32,000 nt of DNA, from assembly GCA_025839675.1 (NCBI GenBank), contig CP104013.1, forward strand, positions 2,340,001 through 2,372,000, read 5' to 3'. Position 1 is the stretch's first letter, and each line of letters starts with the position of its first letter. Positions 17,616 to 23,793 of this stretch are shown here, in pieces. The translations under genes and the position numbers were made by a program. Under the pieces are notes generated by a model that worked only from the letters and a program-made list of their open reading frames with translations, did not search any database and had not been told where the DNA came from. The DNA is from Candidatus Lokiarchaeum ossiferum (GTDB lineage Archaea > Asgardarchaeota > Lokiarchaeia > Sigyniarchaeales > Promethearchaeaceae).

Positions 17616-18080
17616 ATGAGTGCATTCAAAACGTGTTTAATAGGAGAATCAGGTGTAGGAAAATCTACCCTTTCGAAAATGTTGCGGCAACAATCCGTAA
17701 CAGATCCACGAAAACCGACAATTGGAGTAAATATTGAAAAAATACCTACAAAGGAAGGCAATATGTGCCTATGGGATCTGGCGGGACAAAGACGTTTCCG
17801 TTTAATGTGGAATGAATTTATGCGAGGATCGGAATTGACCATCGTCGTGACTGATTCCTCCACCAAAAATGTGATGTTAACCAAAGATTTAATCGAACGC
17901 CATTTGAATAACTCCGCGGCCAAGATCATTGCAATTGCAAACAAGCAAGATCTCGAAAATCGGATGAATCCAGGTGAAATAGAAGCAGCCTTAGGTATAC
18001 CCACTTTTGGGATGGTTGGAATTCAGAGTGAAAACAGTGAAAAATTACAACAAATAATTGAACGTAATATTCGAAAATAA
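17616..18080 (+). CDS. Ras-superfamily small GTPase (Rab/Ras-like, 154 aa, no lipidation motif)
   Basis: G1 GESGVGKST, G2 PTIGV, G3 WDLAGQRRF, G4 NKQD. The track start at 17607 is GTG; ATG 17616 follows GAGAGAGTGA. The fully overlapping antisense ORF 17579-18004 is rejected. Confidence 0.85.
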   Translation: MSAFKTCLIGESGVGKSTLSKMLRQQSVTDPRKPTIGVNIEKIPTKEGNMCLWDLAGQRRFRLMWNEFMRGSELTIVVTDSSTKNVMLTKDLIERHLNNSAAKIIAIANKQDLENRMNPGEIEAALGIPTFGMVGIQSENSEKLQQIIERNIRK

Positions 18081-18136
18081 CATTTTTTAACTTACTAGCA
18101 ATATCTGACGCCCCCTTTTTTAAACAAGAAAGAAAA

Positions 18137-18301
18137 ATGAGAAAAATGAGCACAAGAACAGAAGTTAAAGCAATATTTTATACTTGTTCCCGATGCCATA
18201 AAAAGCATTTTGGACACCAACGTAAGTTTGACCGCCATATTGAACATGCGGATTTGTCACGAGTATTAATCCACTTCGACATCCAAAAATTTGAGCCCTA
18301 A
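18137..18301 (+). CDS. 54-aa zinc-finger-like mini-protein (CxxC...HxxH), not in ORF track
   Basis: Translation MRKMSTRTEVKAIFYTCSRCHKKHFGHQRKFDRHIEHADLSRVLIHFDIQKFEP. It contains Y-x-C-x2-C-x4-F-x5-F-x2-H-x2-H, close to C2H2 spacing. T6 runs flank it (18083-18088 and 18305-18310). A TTTTTTAAA TATA-like box at 18115-18123 would suit a leaderless start at the second ATG (18146). Confidence 0.35.
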   Translation: MRKMSTRTEVKAIFYTCSRCHKKHFGHQRKFDRHIEHADLSRVLIHFDIQKFEP

Positions 18302-18355
18302 ATCATTTTTTCCTCCTTTATTTTGAATCTGAAACACCTTCATAATAGGTTGACT

Positions 18356-18982
18356 TCATTCACCAAACTCAATTCTCGATTCAGAAGCGATAATATGAGC
18401 CAAACGTAAAGGTTCAGGAATAGCTGAAAACTCTGAAAGATGATGGAATAAGGGAATAAGTTGATGTTTCTCAATACCTATCGCATGAAAATATATAATG
18501 CGCGAGATCCCGGGATTATGGTTTATTTCGACTTTTAAACTCTCTAAGCCAGGAAGCTGTTCTAAATATGCAATTTGGTCAGCTTTGCTTGGAAAAACTT
18601 CTTGAAAAACCTCACCAATTTTGCTTTTAGGACGCCTATCGGGCAACAATATGACAGGTATATGAGTTTGCTCATAAATAGTAAATGCATTGGGCAGATT
18701 AAACCCTCCCATTGTAGGAGAATCAATGAAGATTAATTGAATCTCGTTTAAATAGGGGTTTTGCTGGATCACTTCAAGAATTTTCTCCGTGGCATCTGTC
18801 CCATCCACAGTGATTTGGGATCGAGTAGTATGCAATAATTGTAAACCGCGACACGTCACCCCAACTAACGGAACTTTCGTTGGATTGACTGTTAAATTAG
18901 GATTCAGAATGCGATTATGTGCCAAATCCATTTTAGAATGCGGAGCATCATCAAAAGCTATCGTGACGATGTTTTTTTTCAT
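18356..18982 (-). CDS. DUF99 / UPF0215 family protein
   Basis: N-terminal IAFDDAPH, VGVTCRG, ITVDGTDATEKILEVI, IFIDSPTMGGFN and IPVILL match my recollection of the archaeal DUF99 pattern. It is the last gene of the Csl4-Rpo11 operon. Confidence 0.55.
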   Translation of the reverse strand: MKKNIVTIAFDDAPHSKMDLAHNRILNPNLTVNPTKVPLVGVTCRGLQLLHTTRSQITVDGTDATEKILEVIQQNPYLNEIQLIFIDSPTMGGFNLPNAFTIYEQTHIPVILLPDRRPKSKIGEVFQEVFPSKADQIAYLEQLPGLESLKVEINHNPGISRIIYFHAIGIEKHQLIPLFHHLSEFSAIPEPLRLAHIIASESRIEFGE

Positions 18983-18990
18983 AAATGACC

Positions 18991-19434
18991 TTAAGCAAAT
19001 TTGGGTAATAAATGGTCTTTAATTTTGAGTAATAAATGTAAAAAGGCTTGAGTTGCTCCTTGTGATTCAGTTTTAAAATCATTGAGATCATAGAGTGACA
19101 ATTTTTCCATCAAGATTAGCGAAATTTGTTCAATACTCCATCCTTCAGAACAGTAAATATAGCCAATAAAGGCTTCTGTTGTATCAGCTAAAGCATGAGC
19201 ATCCGATCGGACTTTTGCAAAGGGTTTCATCCCTGCTTCCTTTAAAGCATGGGATAATATTGTACGGTTAACTTTTCGAGCATCTAATCTCCCAATAACT
19301 AAAGATTTCGCTAACGAATATGAGGTATTTGTAATACTATCCCCAAATTTAGCTAACCCTTTATTGATTCCAATTTCTTTCATGGAATGGATTCGAGGTA
19401 GAATTTTTTGTAATTCTGGATGAAGATCTTTCAT
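18991..19434 (-). CDS. RNase III-fold protein without dsRBD (mini-RNase III-like)
   Basis: NKGLAKFGDSITN resembles the mini-III NGLALAYIGDAIFE signature. ALADTTEAFIGYIY resembles the second RNase III motif (AD..EAlIGaiy). 147 aa; 8 nt upstream of DUF99. Confidence 0.55.
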   Translation of the reverse strand: MKDLHPELQKILPRIHSMKEIGINKGLAKFGDSITNTSYSLAKSLVIGRLDARKVNRTILSHALKEAGMKPFAKVRSDAHALADTTEAFIGYIYCSEGWSIEQISLILMEKLSLYDLNDFKTESQGATQAFLHLLLKIKDHLLPKFA

Positions 19435-19516
19435 TGAAATCAGCCCACAACGCTCTATGTAAGTAAGGAAAAAAGATAGTTAAGAAAATTGTTATTAAAT
19501 GGTTTATGTGAATATT

Positions 19517-19951
19517 CTAAATTTTCATGGCTGCAACTGCATTACCCATCCCTTTCCATTCAGTACGCATGAGTTTCACAGCTTCTTTCAAAATTAATCT
19601 TATATCTCGGGTTCCATCGGTACGAATGTAGATATTGGCTGGAGATAAACTAGTATTTTTGTATGCGGCAAATGAAACCCCGTTACATTTCAAGACTTTG
19701 GAGACGAGATAATTCATAAATCCATGGGATTGATGATTGACATGTAAATAATAATTATTAGTATTTTCTTGTTCTAGACTTAATTTGAGATATTTCCAAT
19801 CTTTAACCATTTCTTCATCTTCAAGTTGATCAGCCAATGTGTCTGCCAAATCAAGCTCAGAAGAAGGTTCTTCTGATTTTTTTTTAATATCTTCGGACTT
19901 ATCAGCCATCAGCTCATCGTCCAACTCATCTTCAAGATTATTTTTAGCCAT
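19517..19951 (-). CDS. rpo11: DNA-directed RNA polymerase subunit Rpo11 (RpoL) with ~47-aa acidic N-terminal extension
   Basis: The core LKLSLEQEN...HVNHQSHGFMNYLVSKVLKCNGVSFAAYKNTSLSPANIYIRTDG aligns with the archaeal Rpo11 pattern (E.E.EDHTLGNLL...L....GV.FA.Y..PHPL.....I.I.T.G). A TATATATA box lies 21 nt upstream of ATG 19951. Confidence 0.65.
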   Translation of the reverse strand: MAKNNLEDELDDELMADKSEDIKKKSEEPSSELDLADTLADQLEDEEMVKDWKYLKLSLEQENTNNYYLHVNHQSHGFMNYLVSKVLKCNGVSFAAYKNTSLSPANIYIRTDGTRDIRLILKEAVKLMRTEWKGMGNAVAAMKI

Positions 19952-20011
19952 TAATTATCGCCACTATGTGTTTATATATACCATTAAAAAAAAAATTTGT
20001 GATTTACCAAT

Positions 20012-20248
20012 TTATTCTTCATCTTCACTCGGGATTTTTTCAATAAATTCTCGAATTTGATGTTCAAAAAGATTAAGTTTATCTTTTGGTCCAGCGATGT
20101 TTAACTTTAACCCGGTATCATGCGCATAATCCACACTCATACGAATCCCACTAGAATTTGCTTTATGCTCCGCAAAGTTGATTGTGTCTTCCAAATCATA
20201 TGCATTAGTGATATTGAGTAGGATTGTTTTTCTTCCTGATTTTGCCAT
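20012..20248 (-). CDS. conserved-context small protein (78 aa), unknown function
   Basis: AGGAG Shine-Dalgarno 6-7 nt before the ATG. It sits between csl4 and rpo11 on the same strand. A Pcc1-like beta-alpha pattern is only a weak impression (LKLNIAGPKDKLNLFEHQIREFIEKI). Confidence 0.5.
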   Translation of the reverse strand: MAKSGRKTILLNITNAYDLEDTINFAEHKANSSGIRMSVDYAHDTGLKLNIAGPKDKLNLFEHQIREFIEKIPSEDEE

Positions 20249-20336
20249 AAAAATCTCCTGATTTTTGCAATAATTGCAGCCGTTTTCATTAATTAAGAAA
20301 AAAGTTAAATTATTTGTGATTTATTAAAAAAAAGTG

Positions 20337-20963
20337 TTAAAACTTTAACACTTCGACAGGATCTCCAAAATCATTAGCCATGATTTTCCGATCATAATGA
20401 TTGCAAAATGGACAAATTGATTGACCCTTCCCTTTTCTTTGCATTTCTTTTCCACAGTATTTACAAGTTGAGGTGATTACGCCCAAATTTGGAGCATTAG
20501 TAGCGATGCTATATTCTTTTCCTCTTTGAGCGATAATTTTTGCTCGTATCATATCGGTTTTCTGAAAAACATTGTCCAGCTTATCAACATAACTTCGCGA
20601 TACATTGGCCACATGAATATTTCCAATTAGACCTAGATCCATAACGAGTTTTTGATTCAAAGTTTGAATTCGCACCCCCACGGAACTTTTCCGGATCATA
20701 TACACTTCCCCAGTAATAATATCTCCATGTTTTGGGACAATTTCATTTGTACTCGTAGTGTTTTCAATAGTAATTGTTCGTTCACTTTCATTCACTTTTA
20801 ATATACCAGAGATCGCGGCACAAACCTTTCCGTCTTCTACATAGGTGGAGTCATTTTTCCCTAAATATTGTTCCTCCATTCTGAGAGGATCACCAATATT
20901 TACAAAGGTTCCCGATTGAATTTCGTTCATCATTATCGTTCTCACGTTTTTTTTCCGTTGCAT
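20337..20963 (-). CDS. csl4: exosome complex RNA-binding cap subunit Csl4
   Basis: Central S1-like segment (PKHGDIITGEVYMIRKSSVGVRIQ) and a C-terminal zinc ribbon CKYCGKEM-x-CPFCNH (C-x2-C-x13-C-x2-C). The size and domain order fit archaeal Csl4, as does the classic Csl4-RpoL-methylase neighbourhood. Confidence 0.75.
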   Translation of the reverse strand: MQRKKNVRTIMMNEIQSGTFVNIGDPLRMEEQYLGKNDSTYVEDGKVCAAISGILKVNESERTITIENTTSTNEIVPKHGDIITGEVYMIRKSSVGVRIQTLNQKLVMDLGLIGNIHVANVSRSYVDKLDNVFQKTDMIRAKIIAQRGKEYSIATNAPNLGVITSTCKYCGKEMQRKGKGQSICPFCNHYDRKIMANDFGDPVEVLKF

Positions 20964-21016
20964 ATTTAATAAAGTACCATCACTTTAAAAATATTGGAGC
21001 AGATCGAAAATTGGGA

Positions 21017-21685
21017 ATGAAGAAATCAGAGTTGATCAATATTATTCAAGGTTTGAAAGTGTTCTCAAATCCGAAGTTGAAATATGAACAATACATCACC
21101 GACGCCATATCCACGGCGGATCTTATGTTCCATTTAACCTTTACTAAAGGTGATTTACAGAATAATATCATTGTAGATCTTGGATGTGGATCGGGAAATT
21201 TAACGGTTGCTGCAGCAATATTGGGAGCAAAAAAAATTATTTCAGTGGATATTGATTCCGACGCAATTAAAATATTGAAGGAAAATCTTACAACATACGA
21301 TTTACAATCAAAAGTAGAAATTATCCAAGCAGATTTGCAAAAAGAATCTATTCTCCCCCAAATTCAAAATATCACAAAGAAAGATTTTTTGGAAAACTCC
21401 AAAGCTAAAATAGTGGTTATTTCAAATCCACCTTTTGGAGTAAGAAATAAAGGCGTGGATGTCGCCTTTCTCAAGCAAGCTCTTCAATTTGCTGATGTTA
21501 TTTATAGTATTCATCTTGCTAATACGAAAACCCAAGTGTACCTTGAAGAAAAAATCCCCAAGCTTGGAGGTTTTATACTAGAACGGTCGACGTTATATTT
21601 AACATTGAAACATACCTACAAACATCATAATAAAGCGCAAAAATCGGTTCAAACAGATATCTATCGTATTATACCCAGAAAATAA
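21017..21685 (+). CDS. METTL5-like class I SAM-dependent RNA (N6-adenine) methyltransferase (COG2263-type)
   Basis: SAM motif I VDLGCGSGNL and catalytic motif IV NPPFG. Divergent from csl4. The track start at 21011 is TTG; ATG is at 21017. Confidence 0.75.
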   Translation: MKKSELINIIQGLKVFSNPKLKYEQYITDAISTADLMFHLTFTKGDLQNNIIVDLGCGSGNLTVAAAILGAKKIISVDIDSDAIKILKENLTTYDLQSKVEIIQADLQKESILPQIQNITKKDFLENSKAKIVVISNPPFGVRNKGVDVAFLKQALQFADVIYSIHLANTKTQVYLEEKIPKLGGFILERSTLYLTLKHTYKHHNKAQKSVQTDIYRIIPRK

Positions 21686-21714
21686 GATCTTTGAAAAAAA
21701 AATAAAAAAGTAGA

Positions 21715-23025
21715 TTACTGATAAAGTTTGTAATCTTCATATTTATCTGGGAAGAATGCTTTTTCACCTAATTCTTCTTCAATACGCAAAATTTGATTGT
21801 ATTTAGCATTCCGATCTGATCGACAAGGAGCACCAGATTTAATTTGCCCCGTGCATAAACCAACTACAATATCTGCAATGGTATTATCAGAGGTTTCACC
21901 AGAGCGATGGGACACCATCACAGTAAAATCATTAGCATACGCTAATTTACAAGCAGCAATGGATTCACTGATGGAGCCAATTTGATTAATTTTTAATAAT
22001 AAAGAGTTGCCTGCACCAGTATCAATAGCTTTTTGCAATCTTTTCACATTTGTTACTGTAAGATCATCGGTAACTACTTGACATTTACCTTTAACGCGAG
22101 TGGTTAAATCGGCAAATTCTTTCCAACCTTCTTCGTCAAATGGATCTTCCATAGAAGTAATTGGATATTCGTCAATTAATGTGGCCCAATAATCAACCAA
22201 CTCACTGGGAGTCAAATGCTTACCATCAATGAAATATGTATTCTTTTCCTTATCGAAAAATTCAGAAGCAGCAGGATCCATAGCTAAAACAAAATCTTCA
22301 CCAGGTTTGTACCCACGATTCTTGATCGCTTCCATGATAATATTCAAAGCATCGCGAGTCATTTCCAAGGCAGGAGCAAATCCACCTTCATCTCCCACAT
22401 TACAGCTACTCGCACCATATTTCTTCTTAATCACCTTTTTCATTTCATGATAGACTTCAGTGGTCATTCGAAGTCCTTCCGAAAATGATTTGGCTCCAAT
22501 TGCTTGAATCATAAATTCTTGAGGTGATAAACTCCCTCCTGCATGTTTTCCACCATTTAACACATTTGAAGAGGGAATTGGTAATAAATATTTATCAGTT
22601 TTCTTTCCATGGGCCAATTCATAAACATGCTCATATAATGGAATCCCCTTGATAATAGCAGCAGCCTTTAAGGCACACATTGAAACAGATAAAATCGCAT
22701 TGGCACCAAACTTACCTTTATTGGGAGTACCATCCGCAACAATCATAGCTTGGTCAATTTTTTCTATATCATCGCAATTCATTCCAATAACAATTTTACT
22801 AATTTCTTCATTGACATTTCGCACGGCTTTTGAAACACCCTTTCCTCCAAACGCATCTCCACCATCACGTAGTTCAACAGCTTCTGCTTCCCCGGTGGAT
22901 GCACCGGATGGAACAGCAGAACGTACAAAGGTATTATCCCCCACCCACATATCACATTCGACTGTAGGGTTACCGCGAGAATCCAAGATCCATCGGGCTT
23001 TAATCTTCTTGATTTCAAAATTCAT
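21715..23025 (-). CDS. eno: enolase (phosphopyruvate hydratase)
   Basis: [27 protein letters not shown], the C-terminal signature [20 protein letters not shown], and [24 protein letters not shown]-like. ATG 23025 (MNFEIKKI...) has a GGTGA Shine-Dalgarno 9 nt upstream; the track start at 23052 is less likely. Confidence 0.95.
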   Translation of the reverse strand: [436 protein letters not shown]

Positions 23026-23490
23026 TTTATTTTCACCAAAAAATAGGTTCAAATTAAAGAAAACGTTCTCCCCTAAGAATTTTGGGAAAAAAATATGAAG
23101 GATGAATAGAGAATAAAGGATTCACGTTTTATAGTTAGAACTTCGCCAAATAAATCAGAACAAATAATCACTTTTACTCTTTTTCCACAATTTTGAATAT
23201 AAATTTCATGAAACTGCTAGAAAACATAATGAAATTTTAGTTTCTTGAAGATGAAAGATCAAAATCTAAAATAGATAGTTACTCATCAAATCTAAAATTA
23301 TTGAAAGTTCTTTTATTATTGTTGTAAACTCCGCAAAAAATCGATAGGGATTTCATAAATTAAAAATTAAGACGATGTCAAACAATAAATCTTGCTATCT
23401 TCTTATTGCATTAAAGATACGGAAGATAATAGCTATTTAACATTTAATAAATCAAATATGATTTGTAAGCATTCGATTTCGATTTGAAAT

Positions 23491-23671
23491 ATTGGATATA
23501 TTCCAACGAAGATTCTTAGAACTTGTTCAGCGATGATTTTTTGAGAGAATGAATAAGAATTCATATAATCAATTCAAATATATAATCACGAATATGAATA
23601 GTTGCACATCAATATTGAATGGATAAATTGGATATTTTCCAAAGAATCTTGCTAAAATCCGTTCATCGATA
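23491..23671 (+). repeat. two imperfect ~45-nt direct repeats (23491-23535, 23627-23671) upstream of MCP-1
   Basis: ATTGGATATATTCCAACGAAGATTCTTAGAACTTGTTCAGCGATG vs ATTGGATATTTTCCAAAGAATCTTGCTAAAATCCGTTCATCGATA. The second copy abuts a TATAAAAA box (23670-23677). Confidence 0.5.
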
Positions 23672-23793
23672 TAAAAACATATTATTGTACGAAGATAGCA
23701 AAGAAAAATGAGTTTTATTTTCAAAATTAAATATAAAATAGTCTTCTCTACTCCAAAAAAATAGAACTACAAATTATTAAGGGGAGTTTTATT

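Noticed and set aside
17579-18004. 141-aa minus-strand ORF fully overlapping the GTPase gene
   Set aside because: The plus strand carries a complete G1-G4 GTPase motif set. The antisense product has no motifs and is a shadow ORF.
23026-23052. Upstream start extensions in the ORF track (enolase 23052; kinase TTG 8794; methyltransferase TTG 21011; GTPase GTG 17607; GNAT TTG 6981; YkgJ TTG 3243; membrane protein TTG 1563)
   Set aside because: Downstream ATGs fit family N-termini better, and several have GGTGA/GTGAT-type Shine-Dalgarno support. Without experimental data this remains a judgement call, so both options are noted in the features.
22649-23098. 149-aa plus-strand ORF (and 21797-21985, 22229-22450, 22779-23018) overlapping enolase
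   Set aside because: Enolase on the minus strand is unambiguous. These are antisense or alternate-frame shadows.
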